From the NCBI GenBank assembly GCA_963845565.1, contig CAWJSJ010000002.1, positions 512,001 to 576,000 of the forward strand: a DNA stretch of 64,000 bases, written 5' to 3'. Within the stretch, counting starts at the first letter, position 1. Every line of letters starts with the position of its first letter. The notes under the pieces are model-generated. The model did not search any database. It worked only from the letters and a program-made list of their open reading frames with translations, and was not told where the DNA came from. The position numbers and the translations under genes are program-made. This DNA is from an uncultured Methylomirabilota bacterium (GTDB taxonomy: Bacteria > Methylomirabilota > Methylomirabilia > Methylomirabilales > 2-02-FULL-66-22). Positions 49,779 to 63,900 of this stretch are shown here, one piece after another.

Positions 49779-51264
49779 ATGGACCTGCGCCTGCTCCGCG
49801 TCGATCTGGAGGATTTCGCCGAAGCCCTGAACCGCGAGGAGTATCTGACGCGGGCCGGCCTGAAGGAAGAGAGCCGGGCGGCGGCGATCCGCGAGCGCTT
49901 TGCCCTCTTGGGTTCGCGCGAGGCGTTCGCTGAAGCACGAGAGCGATCCCTGGCGACCCCGGATGGGGAGGAGGGGCGGCGCCTTCGCTATCTGGCCGAA
50001 TTCCTCGGGGCCGCCTGCGTCGAGTTCCGCGTGCGGGCCGGCAGCGATCGGCTGGCCACCACCGAGGCCTCCCAGGCTGTCCGCGTGGATGGGGTAGAAA
50101 TTCCGCTTCGGTCGATCGAGGGCCGGATCAAGAACGAGGCCGATCGCCCGCGCCGCGCGGCCCTGGAATCCGCACGGCTCGGCGCCATCGCCGACCTCAA
50201 CGGACTGCGCCAGGAGATCCTGGAACTCTCGCACGAAGAGGCGCGACGCCTCGGCTTCACCAGCTACACGTCCCTCTGTAGCGACCTGTCCGGCATCGAC
50301 CTCTCCGCCCTGCGGGCGCTGACCCAGCCGATCCTTCCTCGCAGCCGCGACATGTACCAAGACGCCGCGTCCTGGTACCTCGCGCGCTGGGTCGAGATCT
50401 CGCCGCGCGGGGCCGGCCGCCACGATCTCGTCCGCCTTTTCCGGGCCGCCCCCCTTGACCCCATGTTTCCTCCGGACGGTCTGCGCGAGGCCGCCGAGGC
50501 GCCGTGCCGCCGCATGCGGATCGACCCCAAGGCGGAGGGCCGCATTCGGGTGGACGACGAGCCGCGACCGAAGAAGACGCCGCGCGCGTTCGTGGCCACC
50601 CCCCGGATCCCGGACGAGGTCATTCTGGTCGTCCGGCCTGGCGGGGGGCCGGACGACTATGCGGCCTACCTTCACGAGCTCGGCCACGCCCTGCACTTCG
50701 CCAACACCGACCCCGGCCTGGCCGTGGAGTATCGTCGGCTGGGCGACCCCTCGGTGACCGAGGCCTGGGCGTTCCTCCTGGACGGCCTGCTCCGAGAGCG
50801 GGGGTGGCTCAAGCGCTTTGTCGGGATCGGGCAGCCTCGCGAGGCCCTGCGCTTCACCGCCTTTCACAAGCTGTGGTTTCTGCGCCGCTACGCCGCCAAG
50901 CTGGAGTACGAGCTGTTCCTGCACGCGGAAGGGCCCGGGCGGCGGTCCCGCGAGGCGTACCGCGATCTCCTCTCCGACGCCACACAGGTGGACTGGCCGG
51001 CGGATCTCTTCTTGTCCGACGTGGATCCCTTCTTCTACGCCGCCCGCTACCTCAGGGCCTGGATCTTCGAGGCGCAGCTCCGCGATCTGCTGCGCGAGCG
51101 GTTCGACGAGGAGTGGTACCGGAACGACCGCACCGGACCGTTCCTCCTGGCGCTCTGGCGACAGGGGCAACACCATACCATCGAGGAGCTTGCCGCCGAC
51201 CTCGGGACTCGGCGCCCCGTCCATCGAGCCGCTTCTCGCCCAGATCGCCGCCGACCTCGCGTGA
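49779..51264 (+). CDS. M3-like zinc metallopeptidase, probable frameshift near 51205
   Basis: YLHELGHALH, downstream TEAWAFL; likely true end GAPSIEPLLAQIAADLA in alternate frame. Confidence 0.75.
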
Positions 51265-51282
51265 CCCCGACGAAAGAAAACG

Positions 51283-51398
51283 CAACCACAGATTTCCAGA
51301 TTACGCAGATTCTGAGCCCAGAGCGCCAACGGCCTCGGGGGATCCCCGAGGCCGTCAGAATATCGGACCAGTCTGTGAAATCGGTGTAATCTGTGGTT
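51283..51398. repeat. Nonamer-period inverted tandem repeat between convergent genes
   Basis: aaccacagatttccagattacgcagatt … tctgtgaaatcggtgtaatctgtggtt. Confidence 0.7.
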
Positions 51399-51408
51399 CC
51401 TCGTCGTC

Positions 51409-51837
51409 TCAATGGCCCTTGCCGGCCGCCTCCAGTCGCGCCAAGGCTCGGCACAGTGCCGCCTCGGCCCGGGTTGCGTCGATCTCTGCTTGTCCCGTCG
51501 CCCATTCCTGCAGGCGTCGCTGGGCGCGCTCGCGCGCCCGTTCGGCCCGCGCCACGTCGATCTCTTCGGCGGTCTCGGCGGTATCGACCAAGATGCTGAC
51601 CCGGTTTCCCCGCACCTCGGCATACCCGGCAGACACGGCCAACTGGAGCTCCTCTTTTCCTTTCCAGTAGGTCAGTCGTCCCGGCTTCAGCGTGGTGATG
51701 AATGGAACGTGGTCCGGCAGGACGCCGAAATAGCCCTCGGAGCCTGGCGCCACGATCTCGGTCACCTGTTCGCTGATCACCAGGCGTACCGGTGTCACCA
51801 CGTCCAATTGCAAGGTTGTGTGTCCTGCTTCTGCCAT
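51409..51837 (-). CDS. atpC: ATP synthase F1 epsilon
   Basis: LDVVTP, EGYFGVLPDH, EEIDVARAE. Confidence 0.95.
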   Translation of the reverse strand: MAEAGHTTLQLDVVTPVRLVISEQVTEIVAPGSEGYFGVLPDHVPFITTLKPGRLTYWKGKEELQLAVSAGYAEVRGNRVSILVDTAETAEEIDVARAERARERAQRRLQEWATGQAEIDATRAEAALCRALARLEAAGKGH

Positions 51838-51886
51838 CGCGCTCGTCGCCTCGACGCTCCGTCTGCCGTTCCTGGAAAGGGCTGCG

Positions 51887-53311
<1,425 letters not shown>

Positions 53312-53420
53312 TCACTCCATTCCCGCGTGCGTGTCGTGCCGCGCTCGCTGCGGCCCGTGTAGTGTGTCGTCTTCGCCTGTGGTCCGGCTCCGGATGCGAG
53401 GTCGCGCGCGCCCTCGACTG

Positions 53421-54323
53421 TCAGCCTCCGGCTTGTCGGAGGGCTTCTGCGCCGCCGACGATCTCCAGCAACTCCCTGGTGATCCGCTCCTGGCGCGCCT
53501 TGTTGAAGTGAATAGTCAACAGGTCAATCATCTCCGAGGCGTTCCTGGTGGCGTTTTCCATCGCCGTCATGCGGGCGCCGTACTCGGCCGCCGCAGACTC
53601 CATCAGGGCGCGATAGACCTGCACCTCCACGTGCTTGGGCAGGAGGGTTTCCAGCACGGCGGCGGGCGACGGCTCGAAGAGGAACTCCACCCCTGCCGTC
53701 TCCTCCGGTTCGTCCGCCGACGGGATCGGCAAGAGCGTTTCGACCACCACGCGTTGCGAGGCGGCAGAGCGAAACTCGTTGTAGACGAGCTGGATCTCGT
53801 CGACCTCGCCCCCGGCGTAGGCTGCCGCCACGTCCTGGCCGATCTGGGCCGCATGGGCATACGCCAGCTTGTCGAAGAAGTTCACGTATTCGGAGCGCAC
53901 CGTGACGTTCGGGCGCCGCCGGTAGAAGTCCCGGACCTTGCGCCCCACCACGATCAAGGCGAGGCTCACGTCCGGGTTGTCCTGCTCGGCCCGCAAGAGC
54001 TCCACCGATCGCCGGATGATGTTGCTGTTGAACGCGCCACAGAGCCCCCGGTCGCCGCTGATGACGAGCAGGAGCTTCCGTGTCGTCGCCGTCAGATCTC
54101 GGTCGTCCACCCGTTCCCGGAGCAGGGGGTGCAACGCCCGCGGCGAGCGCGACGCCACGCTGGAGACCACCTCGCCCATGCTTCGGCAATACGGACGCGC
54201 CGCCAGGATCCGCTCCTGGGCGCGGCGCAGTTTGGCCGCGGCCACCAGCTTCATGGCGCGGGTGATCTGTTGGGTGCTCTTGACGCTGGCGATTCGCCGC
54301 TTGATGTCGCGCAGGGTAGGCAT
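53421..54323 (-). CDS. atpG: ATP synthase F1 gamma
   Basis: QITRAMKLVAAAK, GDRGLCGAFN, RQERITREL. Confidence 0.97.
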   Translation of the reverse strand: MPTLRDIKRRIASVKSTQQITRAMKLVAAAKLRRAQERILAARPYCRSMGEVVSSVASRSPRALHPLLRERVDDRDLTATTRKLLLVISGDRGLCGAFNSNIIRRSVELLRAEQDNPDVSLALIVVGRKVRDFYRRRPNVTVRSEYVNFFDKLAYAHAAQIGQDVAAAYAGGEVDEIQLVYNEFRSAASQRVVVETLLPIPSADEPEETAGVEFLFEPSPAAVLETLLPKHVEVQVYRALMESAAAEYGARMTAMENATRNASEMIDLLTIHFNKARQERITRELLEIVGGAEALRQAGG

Positions 54324-54333
54324 TAGATCCTAT

Positions 54334-54420
54334 TTCGGATTGGCGGATGCGGAATGCGAAATGCGGGGCCTACCGCAGTCCGCGTTCCCCATTTCGCAAT
54401 CCGCAGTTCACATTCCGCAT

Positions 54421-54422
<2 letters not shown>
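54334..54422. repeat. Heptamer-period inverted tandem repeat between atpA and atpG
   Basis: tgcggaa tgcgaaa tgcgggg … ttcgcaa tccgcag ttcacat tccgcat. Confidence 0.75.
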
Positions 54423-55944
<1,522 letters not shown>

Positions 55945-55968
55945 CGTCTCCCCTGCTCCGCTGCGCGA

Positions 55969-56511
55969 CTAGGCGCGCACCAGCTCGTCCCGCAACCGCG
56001 CCAGCTGCATTCTCAGGCTGCCGTCGTAGACCCGGCTGCCGACCTGGCTCACCACCCCGCCCAGGAGGGTCGGGTCCTGCCGGAGCTCCAGATAGACATC
56101 CTTTCCCGTCACCTCACCGAGCCGGCGGCGCAACCGATCTTGCGCCTCGGTGTCCAACGGCGTGGCGGACGTCACCACTGCTTTCACTCGCCCGAGACGC
56201 TCGTCCATCAAGAGCTCGTAGGCCCGGAGGATTCCGGCCAGCCCGGCCAACCGTCCGCCGTCCAGCACGATCCGAAGAAAGGTGGCGGTGAGGGGCGTCA
56301 GCCGCATCGCGGCGCCGATGTCCGCGACGACGCCCGCCGCATCGCGGCGAGACACGCTCGGGTTGGCGAGAAACTGCCGCAGGTCGCGATGCTCTTTGAG
56401 CAGGTCCGCGAGCGCGCGGAGATCCTGGCGCACCGACTCGAGCTCGTCGGAGGCGGCGGCCACCTCCACCAGGGCCTTGGCGTACCGCTTGGCCACGGAT
56501 CCGGAAATCAA
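55969..56511 (-). CDS. atpH: ATP synthase delta
   Basis: VAKRYAKAL, DPTLLGG…VYDGSL. Confidence 0.94.
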   Translation of the reverse strand: MISGSVAKRYAKALVEVAAASDELESVRQDLRALADLLKEHRDLRQFLANPSVSRRDAAGVVADIGAAMRLTPLTATFLRIVLDGGRLAGLAGILRAYELLMDERLGRVKAVVTSATPLDTEAQDRLRRRLGEVTGKDVYLELRQDPTLLGGVVSQVGSRVYDGSLRMQLARLRDELVRA

Positions 56512-57107
56512 TTCTTGCCCCCCAGTTCACGCACGTACTGGTCGGCCAGCCGCTTCTGGTCGTCCCCGCCGATGGTCCGCCCCAGCAGCCTCTCGGCCAC
56601 CGCCAGGGCGATGCCCGCGGCCTCTTCCCGCAGGCCGGCCTTGGCCCGCTTGGTCTCGGCCTCGATCTCCGCCTTGGCGTTCCCCACCAGCCGGTCGGCC
56701 TCCGCCCGCGACGCCTGGAGCAGCCGCTGCCGCTCGGCCTCCACCTCGCGCTGTCCCTGCTCGCGGATGGCCGCGATCTCCCGCTGGGCTTCCCGCATCT
56801 GCGCCTGGTATTCCGCCTGGGCTTTGGCCGCGGCCTCGTGGGCTGCCTTGGCCTCTGCCAGGGACTTCTCGATGCCCGCGGATCGGTCCGCAAGGAATTT
56901 CGCGAGGGGCTTGAACAAGAATCTGGAGAGCAGGAAGATCAGGATGAGGAAGTTGATCGCCTGGATCAGCACCGTCACGTTGAGGTTGATGATTCCCGGC
57001 TCCTCGTGCTGGGCGGCCTCGGCCGCCAGGGCGATCCCGGGCAGGAACAGCACCAGTCCGGCGAGCCAGATCGCGAGGCGGCTGGCGAGCGAGTTCAGGC
57101 GTCTCAT
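56508..57107 (-). CDS. atpF: ATP synthase F0 subunit b
   Basis: IQAINFLIL..LL.RFLFKPL..FL..R then long coiled coil. Confidence 0.92.
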   Translation of the reverse strand: MRRLNSLASRLAIWLAGLVLFLPGIALAAEAAQHEEPGIINLNVTVLIQAINFLILIFLLSRFLFKPLAKFLADRSAGIEKSLAEAKAAHEAAAKAQAEYQAQMREAQREIAAIREQGQREVEAERQRLLQASRAEADRLVGNAKAEIEAETKRAKAGLREEAAGIALAVAERLLGRTIGGDDQKRLADQYVRELGGKN

Positions 57108-57170
57108 GGAGCCTCCAGGGCGGGGGGCGCCGCGGGTTTCGCGCCGCCCTTGCCCGATCCAACGACCCGC

Positions 57171-57545
57171 TCAGGCCATCGAGCGCAGTGCTCGGATCAA
57201 CCAGAGCACGACCATCGTCACCTGCGTGATCAGCAGACCGGCCACCAGGGCCGGGAGCGATACCCGAAGGACGAGTAGCGCCACGGCCAGCGCGACTCCG
57301 GATATCCCGAATCGGAAGAGCGCCCCCTTCCACAGGGTGGTGGCGGCGCGCTCCCCCCCCAGACCCGCGATTCCGCCGACCGCATGGGCGATCAACTGAA
57401 AGTTTCCGAGGCTGATCAGCGCTCCCACCGCGAAGCCGAAGGCCCACGCCCAGCGTCCCCAGGCTGCCAGGCCCACGACCGCCGCGCCCGCGACCGCCGC
57501 GGCGCCGAGCAGTGTTCCCCGGACAAAGGTAATTCGATCGTCCAC
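57171..57545 (-). CDS. atpI: ATP synthase protein I-like 4-TM protein
   Basis: GFAVGALISLGNF, LFRF; first gene of atp operon. Confidence 0.65.
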   Translation of the reverse strand: MDDRITFVRGTLLGAAAVAGAAVVGLAAWGRWAWAFGFAVGALISLGNFQLIAHAVGGIAGLGGERAATTLWKGALFRFGISGVALAVALLVLRVSLPALVAGLLITQVTMVVLWLIRALRSMA

Positions 57546-57643
57546 GTCTGACTGCGGAGTGTGGGTCCAGGCGCCTCCGCGCGGCCGACCACTTGCCGCC
57601 GGGGAGTGCGCCAATTCCGCGCGAGGCCGGTGAAAAACGGTTC

Positions 57644-57728
57644 AAGCTACCACGGCAAGAAAAAAGGTGTCAAGGCATTTGGCCCGGATCCGGTGCCATT
57701 GACAGACCGTCGGCGGGCGGGCTATTCT
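57644..57728. promoter_or_regulatory. Divergent sigma70-like promoters
   Basis: Minus: TTGACA(57673)-N18-TAGCTT; plus: TTGACA(57699)-N18-TATTCT. Confidence 0.5.
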
Positions 57729-57816
57729 GGACGCAATGGTTCTGTTCACCGGCCGGCCGTGCTCACAGCACGGAGCTTTGCGGGACATCGTTCGCCAGCG
57801 ACCAGAGGGGACGGGG

Positions 57817-58215
57817 ATGCAAAACCGGATTGTGGTTCGGTATCAAGACGGGCGCCTGCTCAAAGGCACCACCACGGACTTCCTCCCCACCAAGGACGTC
57901 TTCCACGTGGTGGTTGCCGGAGACCCGTCCGCCAAGCCCATGGAAGTGCGCGTTGGACATCTCAAGGCGGTCTTTTTCGTCAAGGACTTTTCCGGGAATG
58001 CGGAGTACGCCGAGCGGCGCACCTTCGAGTCGTCCAAGCCCGCGATGGGTCGGAAGATTCAGGTCGTCTTCAAGGACGGTGAGGTGCTCACGGGTACCAC
58101 CCAGGGCTACCAGCCCGGGCGGGCGGGCTTCTTCGTCTTTCCCGCCGACGCCAACTCGAACAACGATCGCTGCTTCGTCGTGTCCGCGGCCGTCAAAGAC
58201 GTGACCTTCGTCTAG
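57817..58215 (+). CDS. Conserved hypothetical protein (DUF6982-like), internal two-fold repeat
   Basis: VVRYQDGRLLKGTT / VVFKDGEVLTGTT; LKAVFFVKDF. Confidence 0.8.
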   Translation: MQNRIVVRYQDGRLLKGTTTDFLPTKDVFHVVVAGDPSAKPMEVRVGHLKAVFFVKDFSGNAEYAERRTFESSKPAMGRKIQVVFKDGEVLTGTTQGYQPGRAGFFVFPADANSNNDRCFVVSAAVKDVTFV

Positions 58216-58262
58216 CCCCACGCCGCGCCCGGCCTGAGCCGTTGTAAAAACGGGGTCGGGCC

Positions 58263-59276
58263 TCACAGCCCCTGCGGCAGGAGAGCCGATTTCGGCGGCT
58301 GCGTCGGAACGCGACTCAAGACATCCTCCAGAATCTGGTCGGCGTGAATCCCTTCCGCTTCGCCCTCGAAGGAGAGGATCAGGCGGTGTCGCAGCGCCGG
58401 ATAGATGACCGTCCGGATGTCGTCGAAGCTCACATTGAACCGCCCGTCCATCAAGGCGCACACCTTGCCGCCCATGACCAACGCCTGCGCGCCGCGCGGG
58501 GAGCTCCCGTATCGCACGAAGCGCCGCACCATGTCCGGGGCCCCCTCGCGATCCGGCCGCGTCGCGAGGATCAGTCGGCTCACGTACTCCTTCACCGGCT
58601 GCGGCACGGGGACTTCGCGGACCAGGTTCTTCATGTCCTCGACCTCCGGCCCGGCGGCGGCCTTTTGCACCGGGTGGGTTACCGGTTTCGTCGTCCGCTC
58701 GATGATCTCCGTCAGATCCTCGGCGCTCGGGTACTCCACCTTCAGCTTGAGGAGAAACCGGTCGAGCTGGGCCTCCGGCAGTGGATAGGTGCCCTCCATT
58801 TCGATCGGATTCTGCGTCGCGAGAACGAAGAACGGTCGCTCGAGTGAATGGTGTGTCCCGCCGACGGTGACGGACAGCTCCTGCATGGCTTCCAGGAGGG
58901 CCGATTGGGTTTTGGGCGTGGCGCGGTTCACCTCGTCCGCCAGAACGATTTGGCCGAAGATCGGACCCCGCTGGAAGCCGAAGTGCCTCCCCCCCGGGGT
59001 TTCCACCACGATATTGGTGCCCACGATGTCCGCCGGCATCAGGTCCGGCGTGAACTGGATACGCGAGAAGCGGAGGTCCAGCCCCTCTGCCAGCGTCTTG
59101 ACCAGCAGGGTCTTCCCGAGCCCCGGCACCCCCTCCAAGAGCGTATGCCCTCCGGAGAACAGGCAGATCAGGACCCCTCGCACGATCTCTGCGTGGCCCA
59201 CCACCACCTTGCCGATCTCGCGCGTAAGCGATGCGAACATGTGACGGAACTTCTCGGCGCGCTCTTCCGCGTGCAT
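58263..59276 (-). CDS. MoxR family AAA+ ATPase
   Basis: EGVPGLGKT, RIQFTPDLMPAD, ADEVNR, ATQNPIE.EGTYPLPEAQLDRF. Confidence 0.95.
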   Translation of the reverse strand: MHAEERAEKFRHMFASLTREIGKVVVGHAEIVRGVLICLFSGGHTLLEGVPGLGKTLLVKTLAEGLDLRFSRIQFTPDLMPADIVGTNIVVETPGGRHFGFQRGPIFGQIVLADEVNRATPKTQSALLEAMQELSVTVGGTHHSLERPFFVLATQNPIEMEGTYPLPEAQLDRFLLKLKVEYPSAEDLTEIIERTTKPVTHPVQKAAAGPEVEDMKNLVREVPVPQPVKEYVSRLILATRPDREGAPDMVRRFVRYGSSPRGAQALVMGGKVCALMDGRFNVSFDDIRTVIYPALRHRLILSFEGEAEGIHADQILEDVLSRVPTQPPKSALLPQGL

Positions 59277-59289
59277 GACACCCCCCTTG

Positions 59290-59365
59290 AGAGCCAAGAG
59301 CCGAGAGCCGAGTCAGGCGTTTCGGGGGCCCGCATCTCGGCTCTGGGCTCTAGGCTCTCCGCTCT
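59290..59365. repeat. Heptamer-period inverted tandem repeat
   Basis: gagccaa gagccga gagccga … ggctctg ggctcta ggctctc cgctct. Confidence 0.7.
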
Positions 59366-60803
59366 AGTTTGGCTTTTCTCCTCGTTGCAGTTTCGCCAGA
59401 TGCTTGCGCGCGATATCCACCCAGTCCTTCTCCGACGGAAGGCTGGACGCCAGTTCGATATATCGCTCCCACTCCGCCATGGCCTTCTTCACGTCCACCT
59501 TCTCGTACGCCAGGGCCAAGCCGTAGGTGGCGCCCGGGTGGTTCTGCTCCAGCGTGAGCACGAGCTGGTATCGTGCCACGGCCTCCTGGTACAGCCCCTT
59601 CTCCTCGTAGAGCTCGCCCAAGCTCAAGTGTGCCTCGAGCAGCTTGGGGTCCATGGCGATGGCCTGCTGATACGCGGCGACGGCTTCGTGGTAGAGCTGT
59701 TTCTCGTTGTAGTAGATCTTCCCCATGCCGAGATAGACCCGCGCGTTGGCGGGCTCGATCGCCAGCGCCTTCTTGTATTCGTCGATCGCCTCGTCGAACT
59801 GCCCCTTGGCCTGTCGGGCGTCCCCCAGACCGACACGCGCCTCGGCGTAGTCCGGCCAGATCTCCAGCGCCGCCGCATACGACTGGACGGCCTGGTCATA
59901 GAGGCGGCGAGGGCTGTTGACCAGCATGTCGCCCAGCCACTTGTGGGCCTCTGCGAGCTTGGAATTGAGCTGAATCGCCTTGCGGAATTCCTGCGAGGCT
60001 TTCCACCGGTTGCTCGGATTGCCCGTCGTGCTGGTGGCGTACAGGGCCGCCCCCAGCGCCACGCGGGCCTGGGCGAAGTTCTGGTCCGCTTCCAGGGCCT
60101 TGGTGAACAACGCGACCGCCCGCCCGGAAGCCTCCTTGGTCCCCTGGCCCTGTTCCCAGGCCGCTCGCGCGTAAAGGGTGTAGGCCTCCACGGAGGCCGT
60201 CCCGCCGGCGAATGCGGTTTCCAGTCGGCGCTCGTCGAACTCCGTCGGGCGCACCTGGAAGTGCTGCAAGGCGTGGGTGAGGATGCGGCCCGACGTCGCC
60301 AAGACGTCGCGGGCGGGGCCGGCGATCGTTTCCCCCGGAATGACCCGGCCCGGACCGGCAGTATCCACGAGGCGAGCCTGGATCGTCACGGTCTCGCCCT
60401 CGACGGCGAAGCTCCCGGCGATCAGCCCCCGAACCTGGAGCTCACGCGCAAGTCGAATCAGCGCATCGTCCGCCAACCCGTCCGACAGCGCGAGGCCCAA
60501 GCGTCCCGACGCCCCCACCATCTCCTCCGCGTCCACGGTGCGGACTGCGCGCAGTTGCCTCAAGGCGTCGTGGATGGCTTGCCGGGGCGCGGCCCCGTAC
60601 CCCTCCGGAAGCGTCGCCGCCGACCCCGTGAAAGGAGCCACCGCCAACCGAGGTTTGGTCGGGGCCGGCGCGACCGCCTGACCCGCGAGGCTGACACCCG
60701 ACAGCGCCCCCACCAGACCGAAGGCCATCGCCGCCGCCAGCCGAGGAAGGCGAGATCGCGGCGCGTCGATTCTGGTACCCCCCCACCCATCGCGCATCCA
60801 CAT
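59364..60803 (-). CDS. Exported tetratricopeptide-repeat protein
   Basis: Signal-like segment, LAVAPF domain, about 7 TPR repeats; start uncertain. Confidence 0.85.
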   Translation of the reverse strand: MWMRDGWGGTRIDAPRSRLPRLAAAMAFGLVGALSGVSLAGQAVAPAPTKPRLAVAPFTGSAATLPEGYGAAPRQAIHDALRQLRAVRTVDAEEMVGASGRLGLALSDGLADDALIRLARELQVRGLIAGSFAVEGETVTIQARLVDTAGPGRVIPGETIAGPARDVLATSGRILTHALQHFQVRPTEFDERRLETAFAGGTASVEAYTLYARAAWEQGQGTKEASGRAVALFTKALEADQNFAQARVALGAALYATSTTGNPSNRWKASQEFRKAIQLNSKLAEAHKWLGDMLVNSPRRLYDQAVQSYAAALEIWPDYAEARVGLGDARQAKGQFDEAIDEYKKALAIEPANARVYLGMGKIYYNEKQLYHEAVAAYQQAIAMDPKLLEAHLSLGELYEEKGLYQEAVARYQLVLTLEQNHPGATYGLALAYEKVDVKKAMAEWERYIELASSLPSEKDWVDIARKHLAKLQRGEKPN

Positions 60804-60910
60804 GTTCGTGCCCTCCTCGATGCCCACGCGTTTCGGCGGCGGCTCCGCCGTGTGTCGCGATGCGACCGCGGCGTGTCCCCGACTCCTCGTCGGTGCTGCC
60901 CCGCCCGCCC

Positions 60911-63900
60911 TCATCTGCGTCGCCCGCGAGATCCGAACCGGCCCGCCATCGGGGAATTCTGCGTTCCACCGGAACCCGCCCGTATCCATCCCGCGCCGCT
61001 CGGCGGCATCTCGCGCGGCGCTCGGGGCGGGCCTGCCCGTCGCAACCAAAAACGGCGCAAGGCGATATCCGGCAGGAACAGGAGCAGCGCCACGCCCAGG
61101 AGATATGGCCAGGCGTCCACCCTGACGCGGGCCTGCCGTCGATTCTGGGTGAACACTTGCGCCGGCGCGCTCGGCACCGCCCCGCCGGAGATGGTGACCA
61201 GGTCGCGCAGCAACCCGTCGTTCACCGCCAGGGCCCGATGTTCCGGGGAATACGGCACCACCAGGGACGCCACCTCCGATCCGAGCAGCTTCTGGTCCTT
61301 CCGCTCCGACACGCCCACCAGGTACGCCCCCTGGTCGGCGGCCTCGAAGGCGCCCCGGTACCTTCCCGGACCCACCTGGGCCAGCGGAAGGACCTGCCGG
61401 GTCTTGTCGGGCAGCACGACCCCGGTATTCGCCTCGACGAAGTTGATGAAGTCTCCCTTCTCGTCCACGGCTTCGAGCTGGATCTCTCCCCGCCCTTCGT
61501 GCTGGACGACCGAGGCCACGACCTCGCGTCGTTGCGTGGTCCGCAGGCTCCAGCGCAGCATTTGCCCGAAGAGTTTGTTGTACTCGTCCCACTTGACCCA
61601 GAGGACTCCCCATTTCGCCTTGGCGTCCGAGGTGAACGCCACCGACCGGCCCAAGCCGTATCGCCAGGCCGCCAGGACGGGATCCCGCTGGTGGGACAGG
61701 AGGAGCACGTCGGCGGTCGGTTTCGGCGTGGCGGAGACATAGCCCCCGAGAGGCGGGGCCTGGTCCCAGCGGATATCCTGGACGATCTCGTGGCTCCCGT
61801 GGCTGAGCACCGGCCTGAAGGCCTGCTCGATGATCGAGGCTTTGCTGGCAAGCTGCGTCTCGAGGGTCAGGATGCGCGGGATGCTGTAGACGTCCTCCGT
61901 GTAATAGAAGCGGCCGCGGCCCCAGCGGCTGATGTCGGTCATAAACCGGACGTCCGAATCCTTGCCGATGGCCACCGAGGAGACGCTGATCTTGTCCTTC
62001 TGCATGCGCCGCACGAGGCCGGCGAAATCCGCCGCCGTCACCTCGCCGTCGGAGAGAACCAAGACGTGCCGCAGGAGCGCCTTCCGGTCGTAGACCGCCT
62101 GGTACGCCTCTTTGAGGGGCGGAAAGAGGTCCGTCCCACCGCCCGCCTTGATGGTGGCGATCTCGCGGATGATCCGGTCCTTGTCCCGGGCCGGACCCAT
62201 CGGGACGACCCAGCTCCAGGCGGTGTCGAAGGCGATGACGCCGACCTCGTTCCGATCGTCCAGCAGTTCCACCACGAGCTGGGCCGCCTCCTTGGCCAGG
62301 TCCAGCTTGGAGAGGCGGCTATCGATGCTGGTCTCCATGCTCCCCGACCGATCCAGCACCAGGACCACCGCGAGGGAGGGGATCTCCACCTTTTGCCGCG
62401 CCTCCATGGTCACCGGCAGCGCCTCTTCCACCGGCGTGTGGTAGTATCCGCCCACCCCAAAGCTCTCCTCCCCGCCCAGCATCACCAGGCCGCCCCCGTG
62501 ATCTCGGACGTAGGTCCGCACCAGCTCCATCTGTCGCTTGCTGATCCGCAAGGCCGAGACGTTGCTCAGGATGACGGAATCGTACTTGTTGAAACCGTCC
62601 AGGGTGGTCGGCAGCGCCTCGGGTCCGACCATTTCCACCTGGAGATTCTGGGACTTGAGCGCGTTCAGGAGGTTGACTCCCTGGTCCCGGTCCTTTTCGA
62701 CGTACAGAACGCGGGGCCTGCCGCGCACCGCCACGAGCCCCATCCCCCGGTTGTTCTCCTCGATGACGTCGTCCGGCGCCTCCAGGCGCGCCTGAAACAT
62801 GTGGAAGCCGCCCTGGTCAATCGCCTGCTGGTAGGAGAAGACGTTCTTTCCGGCGGCGAGTTTCACCGGCTGAGCGCCCACGAACGTGCCGTCGCGGTAG
62901 AGCGGACAGGCGGCCGCTGGTCTCCCGGGCGCTCCACGCGACCACGCGCACCAGGAACGACTCCCCGAATTTTACCTCCTGAGGGAGGACCAGTCGCTCG
63001 ACGAGCACCTCGCCTGCGTACTCGTTCTTCATCGGGACGGCATAGATGTCCGCCCCGCCCGCCCGGGCAAGCTGGGCGGCGTCGCGGGCGCCGCCCCGAT
63101 TCTCGTTCCCGTCGCTCAAGAGGACGATCCGCCGCGCTCCCTCCTGCGGGAATGCCGCCAGGGCCAACTTCAGCGCCGCGCCGATGTTGGTCCCGCGCCC
63201 GTCGCCCGCCTGCGGCGGCTTCGCGGGAAGCGGTTCGCGGCCGACGGGGGTCTCCAAGACGGGACTCGCGCCGAAGGTGACGACCCCGTAGCGGTCTTGG
63301 GGACTGGCGCCCCGGATCGCCTCCGCCACGTACTGGCGGGTGCGCGCGCGGTTTTCGAGCGACACGCTATCCGAGCCGTCCAGCACGAATAGCACGGTCT
63401 GGGCGTCCGTCGAGCGGTGGAGATCAAAGCCCAGCAGGCCCCCGACGATGCAGAGCAGCACCGCCAGGCGAAACGCGGCGGCGGCCCACGGCCAGCGTCC
63501 GCGGACTTCGCGATGATAGAGGGCCCCCTCGAGGAGCAAGAGCGCGATCGCGGCGAGCGCGCAGACTTTCCAGAGGTCCTGCCGCGAGGGAAAGAGCGCC
63601 GACGCGTCCTCGGCCCGTCGCGCTTCGGCCCGCCCGGCGACCCCTTGGGCATGCACGCCGACGTTCGACTCGGCATCGTCCAGGAGGTTCACGACAAACC
63701 GCTGCTCCCACCCGTCGGCCGTCACGGTATAGATGCCGGCGCTGGTGGTGTCCACGTAGCTCACCCGGCTATCCGCGTCCGCCTGGAGCGCGTGCTTTCG
63801 GCCGGCCGGGTCCGTCAGGGTGGCCATGCCGGCCCCGGCGGGCAGGGCGGCGGCCAGCGTCTGGCCGGCGCGAAGCTGCAGGCCCGCATCCTCGAGGCGG

